DNA of 35,804 nt, from contig CAYHSI010000002.1 of NCBI GenBank assembly GCA_964359225.1, positions 1-35,804 of the forward strand. The letters run 5' to 3'. The position numbers were made by a program, and so were the translations under genes. Each line of letters opens with the position of its first letter. Within the stretch, counting starts at the first letter, position 1. Below are positions 1 to 8,578 of the stretch, piece by piece. Under the pieces are notes generated by a model that had not been told where the DNA came from, made no database searches, and saw only the letters and a list, made by a program, of their open reading frames with translations. This stretch comes from an uncultured Anaerolineaceae bacterium (GTDB lineage: Bacteria > Chloroflexota > Anaerolineae > Anaerolineales > E44-bin32).

Positions 1-3
1 TGA

Positions 4-837
4 CTACTCGTCGAAGAGGAAAGTGGACTCGGCGTAGTAGCGGACCCGGCGCTGCTCCATCCGCTCCCGGATCCATTCGGCCAATACCTGCCGCTTGCTC
101 TCTAATGGCGAGCGATCGGCCAGGGTCGCCAGCGGAAAATTGACTCGCAGCGCCCGGGGGGAGATCAGGAACCGAGTTGTTCCGCTCGGGAATAAACCCC
201 CGCTCGCTGCGACTTCAATCACGTCTCTAACCTCAAATCGTGGGTAGACGTTCAAGCAGCTGAGGTCTGGATACAGTTTCAGCAGGCCATTCAAGTCCTC
301 GGCGCCCGTGCGTTCCCGGCGAAAGCCCCGCTCGCTCAGCTTGACGACCTTTCCAAGCAGCTCAACCCGCGCCCCGAGCTGCAGCTCGGAGCTCTCCAAT
401 TGCCAGACCTCTCCCCCCGGCGCTACTAGGTACATGAGCGACTGCCTGGCCTGCAAGGCAGCCGGAGCCCGCTGCGGGTCAGTCGGCGTCAATCGGGCAC
501 CCTTGAGGCCTCGAATGGCTTCTAGCAAGGGCGCCGAGCTCTCGCCGCGTAAGACGTGATTCCAACTCATGACTTCCACCCCGCTCCTGGCAATTTGCAC
601 CAAGATGTGAGGGAAGCCCATTTGTTTGAAAGCCGTGGTCCGATTTGCTCCGTCCAGCACGACGTAGCGGTCCGGGTCCTGCCTGATCTGCAGAACGACC
701 GGGGGGTTCTTTAGGAATCCTTCGGTCTGGAGCGAGCGAATCAAACGCTGCGCCCGCCGCTCCTCGGTTTCTTCGTGGGGCTGAAGCGACTCGGTCGGAA
801 CGATCTGCAGCTCCGGCAGTTCAGGGAGCTGATTCAC
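4..837 (-). CDS. ParB/Srx-fold (ParB N-terminal-like) domain protein; possible SerK/SbnI-type free serine kinase
   Basis: 277-aa ORF with a GTG start overlapping the upstream stop (GTGA, 834-837). The N-terminal ~90 aa fit the ParB-N/sulfiredoxin pattern (LQPHEE, NPPVV, YVVLDGANRTTAF, ILVQI). I recognise no partition-type HTH. Confidence 0.7.
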   Translation of the reverse strand: MNQLPELPELQIVPTESLQPHEETEERRAQRLIRSLQTEGFLKNPPVVLQIRQDPDRYVVLDGANRTTAFKQMGFPHILVQIARSGVEVMSWNHVLRGESSAPLLEAIRGLKGARLTPTDPQRAPAALQARQSLMYLVAPGGEVWQLESSELQLGARVELLGKVVKLSERGFRRERTGAEDLNGLLKLYPDLSCLNVYPRFEVRDVIEVAASGGLFPSGTTRFLISPRALRVNFPLATLADRSPLESKRQVLAEWIRERMEQRRVRYYAESTFLFDE

Positions 838-2261
838 CGGCTATCTCGGGCCGCCATGTAGTCGAGGGCATCGATGACCGTGAGGATCCCGGTCGGCAGA
901 CGAGCGGGGTCGACCAAGATCACCACTTTGCTGGCAACCAGCTTGGGCAGGGCCTCTTCCAGCGGGTCTGATTCGGATGCCGTGGCCACCTCGGTATTAA
1001 CCACGGGCCCGATATTCATTGCAGGCAGCCGATCGGGATCGGCAGCCAGCATGTAATCCAGGAGCATGAGTTCGGTGACCAGGCCAATCAGGCGTCCTTC
1101 ACCATCCACCACCGGTATCTGTGACACCGCGTGCTTGCGCATTCGACCGATCACATCAAGCAACGTATCACCCGGGGAGGCAGTGACCAACGAGGGAAGG
1201 CCGCGAGATCGGCTGACCTCCCCAACCGTAATGAGCCGGCGGTCGGGCTCCAGGAACCCGTGTTCTCGCATCCAGTCGTCGCTGAAGACCTTGGAGAGGT
1301 AGCGCGACCCGGAGTCCGGAAAGATCACCACCATCACCCGCTCGGGTCCGAGATCCCTGGCGGCCTTGACCGCCCCCGCCATTGCCGCCCCGGAGGAGCC
1401 GCCGCAGAAGATCCCTTCCTCCCTGACGAGCCTTCGGGTCCACAGGAAAGCCTCGGCGTCGTCCACCTGAACTACGTCGTCCACTAGCCCCAAGTCCAAG
1501 GTCGAGGGCACAAAATCCTCGCCTATCCCTTCGACTTTGTAAGTGATCGCTTCCAGCCCGACCGCACTCCCGCCCGCCCGCCAGGCGTCGTAGAGCAGCG
1601 AGCCGATCGGATCGACTCCGACGATCCGAACCTTGCGTCCCTCCTCCCGCATATATTGGGCTATTCCGGTGATCGTGCCTCCGGTTCCCATCCCCACCAC
1701 GATATCGGTGACCATTCCCCCGGTTTGATGCCAAATCTCCGGCGCGGTTGTCAGGTAGTGGCTCTCAGGGTTGACCGGATTGTGGTATTGGTCGGCCAGG
1801 ACCGAATTCGGAGTCTCTGCCACCAGCCGCCGGGCCACCGAGTAGTAGGAGCGGGGATCTTCGGGCGCCACTGCGGTCGGGGCGATCACCACCCGCGCTC
1901 CAAAAGCCCGCAGCAGTTGGATCTTTTCCTGGCTCATCTTGTCCGGCATGACAAAGATGGCCTGATAGCCTTTCAACGCGCAAGCAATCGCCAGCCCGAC
2001 CCCGGTATTGCCCGACGTGGCTTCGACCACCGTGCCGCCCGGCCGCAGCATTCCGGATCGTTCGTAGGCCTCCAGGATCGGCAGCGCAATCCGGTCTTTT
2101 ACCGAACCCCCTGGATTGAAGAACTCGAGTTTGGCGAAAACGCGACAGCGCACGCCGCTGGTCACTCGTGAAAGGCGGACCAAGGGCGTGTTGCCGATGG
2201 TTCCCATGATGTCATCGTGCACCCGCAGGTCGCGGGCAAACTCAGCGGGCAGATCAGCCAT
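834..2261 (-). CDS. Cystathionine beta-synthase-like / CysK-fold PLP enzyme with C-terminal tandem CBS domains
   Basis: 475 aa. Motifs: GNTPLVRL, NPGGSVKDR (PLP lysine), TSGNTG, GMGTGGT. The C-terminal ~130 aa have two CBS-motif repeats (VVDGEGRLIGLVT..., GILTVIDALDYM). Confidence 0.9.
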   Translation of the reverse strand: MADLPAEFARDLRVHDDIMGTIGNTPLVRLSRVTSGVRCRVFAKLEFFNPGGSVKDRIALPILEAYERSGMLRPGGTVVEATSGNTGVGLAIACALKGYQAIFVMPDKMSQEKIQLLRAFGARVVIAPTAVAPEDPRSYYSVARRLVAETPNSVLADQYHNPVNPESHYLTTAPEIWHQTGGMVTDIVVGMGTGGTITGIAQYMREEGRKVRIVGVDPIGSLLYDAWRAGGSAVGLEAITYKVEGIGEDFVPSTLDLGLVDDVVQVDDAEAFLWTRRLVREEGIFCGGSSGAAMAGAVKAARDLGPERVMVVIFPDSGSRYLSKVFSDDWMREHGFLEPDRRLITVGEVSRSRGLPSLVTASPGDTLLDVIGRMRKHAVSQIPVVDGEGRLIGLVTELMLLDYMLAADPDRLPAMNIGPVVNTEVATASESDPLEEALPKLVASKVVILVDPARLPTGILTVIDALDYMAARDSR

Positions 2262-2394
2262 GGCGCGCCCCGGTCGGATTCAAGCGTACCATAGCTGGGA
2301 ATCGGCGGCGACCGGCGTTTCCGGGTTACAATCTCGCAAGCGCCAGAATCACTGCGCCTTCCCCGTGAGCGTACCACCAACCCAAGGAGGTTAG

Positions 2395-3768
2395 ATGCAG
2401 GATCCGCAACCCGCCCTCGACTTTGCACGCCAACAGCGTGGCGCGGCCCTGGAGGATCTGAAAGAGTTTCTGCGTATCCCATCGATCTCGACCCTGCCTG
2501 AGCACAAACCTGATCTGGTGCGGGCGTCGAACTGGGTGGCAGACCAGTTGAGGGAACTAGGGCTAAAGTCCGTTGAGGTGCTTCCGACGGCGGGGCATCC
2601 AGTCGTGTACGGGGAATGGCTGGAGGCCGGGGATTCCGCTCCCACGGTTCTGGTGTATGGCCACTATGATGTCCAGCCGGTAGACCCGCTCAGCCTCTGG
2701 AAGAGTCCCCCGTTCGAACCGGCAATCCGCGGCGAGGATCTCTTCGCCAGGGGCGCCTCCGACATGAAGGGGCAGATCGTTGCACAGCTCAAGGCCGCCG
2801 AGGCGCTCGTCAAGACCTCTGGCCTCCCGCTCAATCTGAAATTCATGATCGAGGGCGAGGAGGAGATCGGCTCCCCGAATCTGGGAGCCTTCATCGAGCA
2901 GCAGCGGAACAAGCTTGCCTGCGACTTTTGCCTTAATCTCGACGCGGGCGTGCTCGGACCGGACATTCCGTCTTTGACCTTGGCCCTCCGAGGGCTGGCA
3001 TACTTCGAGGTGCGGATCCAGGGGCCAGCGGGCGATCTGCATTCCGGAACCTTTGGCGGCGCCGTGGAGAATCCGGCCAACGTGCTGGCCCGTCTGATTG
3101 CCGGAATGCACGATGCGGCCGGGCGGGTGACCCTCCCCGGCTTCTACGATCAAGTACGACCGCTGACAGAACGCGATCGGGCCGATCTTGGCCAACTGCC
3201 GCAGGCTGAGGCTTGGTGGATGGAGCAATCGGCGACCAAGGCGCTCGGCGGGGAGGCGGGATTCACAGCCACCGAGCGGGCCACCTCCCGCCCGACGCTC
3301 GACGTCAACGGGATGCTCAGCGGATTCACGGGGGCCGGTTCGAAGACCGTGCTCCCGGCCAAGGCCATGGCGAAGATCTCAACCCGGCTCGTGCCGGACC
3401 AACGGCCCGAGCAGGTCCATGAATCTCTGATCGAATACATGCGACGGTCCGCGCCTCCGACTGTGGATTGGGAAGTCGACATGCTGGCTGGGGCTGTCCC
3501 TGGGATCATCGATCGCAACGCTCCGGAGGTTCAAACCGCGGCCAAAGCGCTCGAGGCGGCCTGGGGGAAGCCTGCGGTATACAAACGAGAGGGCGGCACT
3601 GTCCCGGTCGTCGGGATGATCCAAGAATTGCTCGGGGTCAACAGTTTGCTGCTGGGGTTCGGCTTACCGGATGACAACCTGCATGCCCCGAACGAAAAAT
3701 TCCACCTCCCCAATTTCTACCGCGGCATCGATACCCTGATCCGGTTCTTAGCCGCCCTTCCCGCCTGA
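2395..3768 (+). CDS. M20 family metallopeptidase (dipeptidase / ArgE-DapE-CNDP-like)
   Basis: 457 aa. AAGGAGG Shine-Dalgarno 5 nt before the ATG. Motifs: GHYDVQP, ARGASDMKG, EGEEEIGS, and a C-terminal HAPNE. Confidence 0.85.
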   Translation: MQDPQPALDFARQQRGAALEDLKEFLRIPSISTLPEHKPDLVRASNWVADQLRELGLKSVEVLPTAGHPVVYGEWLEAGDSAPTVLVYGHYDVQPVDPLSLWKSPPFEPAIRGEDLFARGASDMKGQIVAQLKAAEALVKTSGLPLNLKFMIEGEEEIGSPNLGAFIEQQRNKLACDFCLNLDAGVLGPDIPSLTLALRGLAYFEVRIQGPAGDLHSGTFGGAVENPANVLARLIAGMHDAAGRVTLPGFYDQVRPLTERDRADLGQLPQAEAWWMEQSATKALGGEAGFTATERATSRPTLDVNGMLSGFTGAGSKTVLPAKAMAKISTRLVPDQRPEQVHESLIEYMRRSAPPTVDWEVDMLAGAVPGIIDRNAPEVQTAAKALEAAWGKPAVYKREGGTVPVVGMIQELLGVNSLLLGFGLPDDNLHAPNEKFHLPNFYRGIDTLIRFLAALPA

Positions 3769-3770
3769 GA

Positions 3771-4691
3771 ATGGGCGCCGACTCGACCCGCCGATCGACC
3801 TACGGGGGCCAGGCGGTGATCGAAGGGGTGATGATGCGCGGCCTACGGGCATACAGCATTGCCGTTCGGGCTCCTAATCAATCCATTGTGGTGGAGTCTT
3901 GGCCGCTCGGCCGGCTGGCTCGCAGCCGCTTGAGAGGCATTCCCTTCCTGCGCGGGCTGCTGGTCCTGTGGGAGGCGTTGTCCCTGGGGGTTCGCTCCCT
4001 CGCGTTCTCCGCCAACGCTCAGGCCCTTAAGCAATCCGAGCGGATCGAGGGCGCCTCGCTTACTCTCTCTCTGGCTGGCTCCCTGCTGGTTGGAACCGTA
4101 GGATTCTTGTTGCTCCCGGCCGGGGCTGCCCACCTGCTGCAGGGGTTGCTCGGTTTGAGTCCATTCACGGCCAATCTCGTCGAGGGAGGCCTGCGGCTGG
4201 GACTGCTGATTGGCTACATCGCGAGCATTGGTCGGGTACCTGAGATCCGGCGGGTGTTCGGCTACCACGCCGCGGAACACATGACCATTCACGCCTTCGA
4301 GGCAGGCGACGAGCTCAACGCGGCACAGGTCGCCCGGCATCCCAAGGAGCATCCCCGCTGCGGAACGGCCTTCCTCTTGACTGTGGCGCTGCTCTCGGTT
4401 GTGCTGTTTGCAGCGCTGGGCCCGATGTCGCTCGGTGCCCGGCTCGTCACCCGGCTGCTGGCCATCCCGCTGCTAGCCTCGATTGCCTACGAATACGTAC
4501 GGCTCACTGCCCGGTTGACGGAGACCTGGCTTGGGGGGATCTTGATTTGGCCCAACCTGGCCTTGCAGCGCCTGACCACCCGCCCGCCAGATCCGGGCAT
4601 GCTGGAGGTGGCTATTCGCTGCTTCGAGGCGCTGCTCGATCGGGAACGTGAGCTTGGCTCAAGTCTCGCCGCCCCGGGAGTTCACGCCTAG
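3771..4691 (+). CDS. DUF1385 (YqhQ-like) membrane protein
   Basis: 306 aa. Hallmark N-terminal YGGQAVIEGVMMRG, later YHAAEH and several hydrophobic helices. Starts 2 nt after the M20 stop. Confidence 0.85.
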   Translation: MGADSTRRSTYGGQAVIEGVMMRGLRAYSIAVRAPNQSIVVESWPLGRLARSRLRGIPFLRGLLVLWEALSLGVRSLAFSANAQALKQSERIEGASLTLSLAGSLLVGTVGFLLLPAGAAHLLQGLLGLSPFTANLVEGGLRLGLLIGYIASIGRVPEIRRVFGYHAAEHMTIHAFEAGDELNAAQVARHPKEHPRCGTAFLLTVALLSVVLFAALGPMSLGARLVTRLLAIPLLASIAYEYVRLTARLTETWLGGILIWPNLALQRLTTRPPDPGMLEVAIRCFEALLDRERELGSSLAAPGVHA

Positions 4692-7279
4692 TGGGCAACC
4701 CAGGCCTGCTCAGGCTGCAGCGCCTTGTGGCCAGCAGGTAGGATCGCCCGGTAAACGGCCGCTGGAGCCGCCTCCCGTCCCTGGTGCTCGAGCAGGCGTG
4801 CAATTGGGATCCCGAAGAGGCGTTCGTTCACCTCCAACAGCGGGCGGACCAGCTCCCAGTATTCAGACCGAAAGTCTGCGAACCGGCCACCGTTGAGTTG
4901 ATCCTCCGAAAGCTGGCGATCCGGGTCGCGGACGAAGATCGCCCCACCGGAGGCCAAGGAAAACAGGTTGCCGCCTGGATAGGGCGAGTCGAGCTCCACC
5001 ACCCTGCCCGCCGGGTCGAAACCCACCCCATTCAGCACAACGAACCCTCCGCCATCCAGCGGGTCTCCGGCCATGAAGGATTCGGCCAGGTAATCCAGGC
5101 AGGTCCCGTTGATGACGACCCGCGGCTTCCCGACCGCGTTAATCAGGGGGCGGCCGGCGGCACCTCCCATCACAAAGGCCTCCCCTCCTTTCGCACCGTA
5201 CATGAAAGTTTGGCCGACGTCACCATGCACAACCAGCCGCCCTCGTTTCATGATCTGCCCCAGTTGATCCTGGCCCGAGCCATGGACCTCCAGCTCGGCC
5301 CCGTCGATCCCGGACGCCAGGTAGTCTCCTGAAGAACCAAAGATTTCAATCCGGACCCCCTCGGTGTCGGAGCCCAGTCCGGCACCGATGAACCGCTGGC
5401 CGCTCGCTCCCATCAGAATAATCCGGGAAAAGCCGCGTTCGACGAGCTCTCGAACCTCCAGCGCCAACGAACCCTTGCCCTGAGCCGGGTAACCCTGCGC
5501 CTGTAGCACAACTCGCTCGGCCTCGCCGCGAGCCTGGGGCAGCGGGCGCCCCTTCTCGTGATGCACGAACCCGTTGCCCGAGGAATCGGCAACCTTGCGG
5601 GCCCAATTCGCTAGGGCCTGATCGACAAGTGAGAGGACCGAGCTGCGGCGCAGAGATCCGGTCGGATATCGGCGGTCAAGCAGCAGGCTGAGCAGTTCCA
5701 ATTGGTCGCCGAGTTCGAGCGGGCCGCCGGTCAGTTCGGCGAGGAACGCCTGGAGTTGCGGATAACTCCAACCCGGCAGGGCCTGGGTCGCCGCCTGGAA
5801 GAGCGAACCTGTGGATCCGGCCAGCTCGATCGGAGATTTCTCCGTTGGCCGGAGCGTGACCCCGCCCCGATAGGGAACTCCGGTCTCCGAGATTTGGATC
5901 GGCCGGCCGAACTTGTCTTGGCAGCCCAATTCTGCTTCGCCGTTTGAAGCCCGCTGGACGCTGAACACGAACGCCCCGCCGTCGGTGTGGCTGCCGCCGC
6001 GGGCGTTCCATACCAAGTCCGCTCGAGTCCCAAATCTGGAGTCGGAGCCGGCCAGGCTCTGAAGCGCCGCATCAATGGCTTGTTTCTCCGAAGCGGCGAA
6101 CCCGATCGAAGGCTGGCCGGGCCCGCCCTGCTGGAGGGCGAAAACTTGGGGCCGCAGCATGCTGGTGTCCGTGATCCCGATCAAGCGGGCTTCCCGCCCA
6201 CCGTCCCGGTTAGCGGCGGTCTGAGCAAGCAAGAAGAACCACGGCCCATCCGGTGAACCATGGATGTGGGCAGCCTGAATCCACTGATAGATTCGGCGCC
6301 GTCGCTCGGGCAACTGTGCGAAGTCTCGCTCGGTGGTAGGCGCCAGGGCCTCGATCACGTACTCAAGCGGATAGCCGAAGGTGCGGTGAAGCAGGTCGAA
6401 GACCAATACCGAGACCTCGGTATCGGTCAAGAACAAAGGACGGATGCTGTTCTGCGCCAGGTAGGCTGACATGGAAGCATAGTTGGCGAAGTCCCCGTTG
6501 TGTACCAGCGCTTCGTGAAGTCCCACAAAAGGATGAGCTCCGCCCGGATGCCACACCCGACCCTTGGTCGGATAGCGGTGGTGACCGATCCACACGTGAG
6601 CGCGCAGGCTCTCCAGCCCATAGGCGTGAAACACATCTTCGCCATAGCCAACCAGTTTCAGCACCAGGAGATCCTTGCCGTGCGATAACACAAAAGCTCG
6701 CTTCTCACCCAGCGAGGCATAGTAACTGCTATTCAGCTTGTAGCTGTTTTGGTAGACAAACTCATCTTCTAGAGTCGGGCGATCGATCCCCCGCAGCTTG
6801 CCGAGGTCGGCCAGCTCTTCCAGCCGACTACTTTTCGGCCGCACAAAATAGAGCACGACCTTGGGAGCCGGCGGGTCGAGGCTGGCAAGCACCGGGAGCA
6901 GGTGGGTGTGCTCCACATCAAACATCGAATCGATCCGCTCCCGTTCAACTTCGGAACGAGCGCCTTCGGCAAGGTAGGCCACCGCCAGCAGATAGCAGTT
7001 GGCGAGGACTTGGGCACTGGTTCCTAATGCGGCCGGATCGATTCCTGCCAGCGCCGCGCCGCCGCCCTTTCCATTGGCGCGGTTGCGCATCTGGATTAAG
7101 GCCTGAAGCAAATGGCGGCCTTCGATTGGCACGCTGCTTGCGATTCCGATGACGCCGCAGCCTCCCTCGGCCTCCGCCTTGTGTAGGGAGTGCGGCGAGT
7201 CGTCGTGGCCCGCCAGCCGGGCACGGGAGGACAGGATTCGTTCCGCAATCGAGAGCTGGGAGGGATTGGACTCTGCCAT
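4688..7279 (-). CDS. Glutamate-synthase-like fusion: class II (Ntn) glutamine amidotransferase domain + unassigned central region + GXGXG beta-helix domain
   Basis: 863 aa. CGVIGIA at residue 41 and HHRYPTKG...HNGDFANY fit a PurF/GltB-type GATase. The C-terminal ~240 aa carry repeated G-x-G motifs (GASGQRFIGAGL, FGSSGDYLASGIDG, VHGSGQDQLG, VHGDVGQTFMYGAKGG) typical of the GltB C-terminal domain. Starts 3 nt after the upstream stop. Confidence 0.85.
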   Translation of the reverse strand: MAESNPSQLSIAERILSSRARLAGHDDSPHSLHKAEAEGGCGVIGIASSVPIEGRHLLQALIQMRNRANGKGGGAALAGIDPAALGTSAQVLANCYLLAVAYLAEGARSEVERERIDSMFDVEHTHLLPVLASLDPPAPKVVLYFVRPKSSRLEELADLGKLRGIDRPTLEDEFVYQNSYKLNSSYYASLGEKRAFVLSHGKDLLVLKLVGYGEDVFHAYGLESLRAHVWIGHHRYPTKGRVWHPGGAHPFVGLHEALVHNGDFANYASMSAYLAQNSIRPLFLTDTEVSVLVFDLLHRTFGYPLEYVIEALAPTTERDFAQLPERRRRIYQWIQAAHIHGSPDGPWFFLLAQTAANRDGGREARLIGITDTSMLRPQVFALQQGGPGQPSIGFAASEKQAIDAALQSLAGSDSRFGTRADLVWNARGGSHTDGGAFVFSVQRASNGEAELGCQDKFGRPIQISETGVPYRGGVTLRPTEKSPIELAGSTGSLFQAATQALPGWSYPQLQAFLAELTGGPLELGDQLELLSLLLDRRYPTGSLRRSSVLSLVDQALANWARKVADSSGNGFVHHEKGRPLPQARGEAERVVLQAQGYPAQGKGSLALEVRELVERGFSRIILMGASGQRFIGAGLGSDTEGVRIEIFGSSGDYLASGIDGAELEVHGSGQDQLGQIMKRGRLVVHGDVGQTFMYGAKGGEAFVMGGAAGRPLINAVGKPRVVINGTCLDYLAESFMAGDPLDGGGFVVLNGVGFDPAGRVVELDSPYPGGNLFSLASGGAIFVRDPDRQLSEDQLNGGRFADFRSEYWELVRPLLEVNERLFGIPIARLLEHQGREAAPAAVYRAILPAGHKALQPEQAWVAH

Positions 7280-7282
7280 CGC

Positions 7283-8578
7283 TTACCCTGGTCGCGGTGA
7301 ATAGCGGAGCAAATCAGTTCGACCGCGCAGCTCGCTAACCCGGCTCAACCCCAACTGCCTCAAGATCTCGCGCAGGCGGGATTGAAACGCCCCATACAGA
7401 TTACTAATCCGCTCTGCGCCCCAGGCCGGATCGATGAGCAGGGAAAGCTCAGGATCGGTGGTGGTCAGGCCGAAGGGGCATCCCCGGCCGCGTTCGCAGT
7501 TCTTGCAACGGGTGCAGCCGATGGCCACTAACTCCGCGGTACCCAACACCGCCCCATCCGCACCGAGGGCGATCGCTTTGGCGATGTCATCGGGGGTTCG
7601 CAATCCGCCGCTCGCCAGCACCACGATCTCGTCCCGCACGCCCTCCGCCAACAGGTAACGATGTACCTTGGGGATCGCTAACTCCACCGGCATGGCGATG
7701 TTCTTCTTGGCGATCTCCGGGGCGGCCCCGGTGCCCCCATACGACCCGTCAACCTGCAGGATATGCGCCCCGGCGTAATAGCTCCCCACCGCTACCATGT
7801 CGATATCGGTCGGAGTTGAGACCTTGACCACGATCAGGGCATCCGGATTCACCGTCTTCACCCAGTCGACATGCTTGCGATGATCCTCCACCGAGTACAC
7901 GCTGTGGAAGGGGAACGGGGAGAACAGGCTGACCCAGGGGAGCGACTCGCGCATGCGGGCCACGGACACGGTCGTCTTGTCTCCCAAGAGATGTCCGCCG
8001 AGCCCCGGTTTGGCGCCCTGGGCGTACTTGAACTCAACGATCCGAGCCCGCTGGATCGTTTCCTCCCGGACCCCAAACAGCCCGGTGGCGATCTGAGTGA
8101 TGACATGCCGACGGTAGGGAACCAGGGAGGCCGGGTAGCCGCCTTCGCCGGTGGAGGTGAAAGTGTCCCAGCGCTCGGCCGCCATGGCCCGCGACAGCAT
8201 CACCTGCTCGCTGACCGAGCCGTAGGACATCCCGGCGCCATACCACGGGATCGGGATGCGGATCCTCGGGTCGTGCGGTCGACGGTTAAGCTCGAGCGAG
8301 GTATCGATCGGCACGTCGGCCGGGAGCCAGGCGTCTTCGGGGAGCGACACGAAGGTCAGGGAGTCAAACCCGCCTCCCGACCGCCCGACCCGATGCTCGC
8401 GGCCGCCAGGAGCCTGGCCCTCGGCCTGGAGCCAGGTCGAGAGGATCAGATCCTCCGTCCAGCGGCGGTCGCCCAGGGCCGGCGGCGGATCGGCGGCCCG
8501 CGGCCACTGAGCGAATCCGTGCCGCAGCCCCTCCGTATGCTTGGCAGTGATCCGTTCGAGTAAGTCAGGGCGCGCCAT
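7283..8578 (-). CDS. Glutamate synthase FMN-binding (TIM-barrel) domain protein, archaeal-type with Cys-rich motif
   Basis: Motifs: GAGMSYGSVS, STGEGG, AQGAKPGLGGHLLG, GSYGGTGAAP, ASGGLRTPDDIAKAIALGADG, GCTRCKNCERGRGCP. I prefer the ATG at 8578 (MARPDLL..., 14-nt overlap with the upstream gene) over the maximal ORF start at 8722. Confidence 0.85.
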   Translation of the reverse strand: MARPDLLERITAKHTEGLRHGFAQWPRAADPPPALGDRRWTEDLILSTWLQAEGQAPGGREHRVGRSGGGFDSLTFVSLPEDAWLPADVPIDTSLELNRRPHDPRIRIPIPWYGAGMSYGSVSEQVMLSRAMAAERWDTFTSTGEGGYPASLVPYRRHVITQIATGLFGVREETIQRARIVEFKYAQGAKPGLGGHLLGDKTTVSVARMRESLPWVSLFSPFPFHSVYSVEDHRKHVDWVKTVNPDALIVVKVSTPTDIDMVAVGSYYAGAHILQVDGSYGGTGAAPEIAKKNIAMPVELAIPKVHRYLLAEGVRDEIVVLASGGLRTPDDIAKAIALGADGAVLGTAELVAIGCTRCKNCERGRGCPFGLTTTDPELSLLIDPAWGAERISNLYGAFQSRLREILRQLGLSRVSELRGRTDLLRYSPRPG

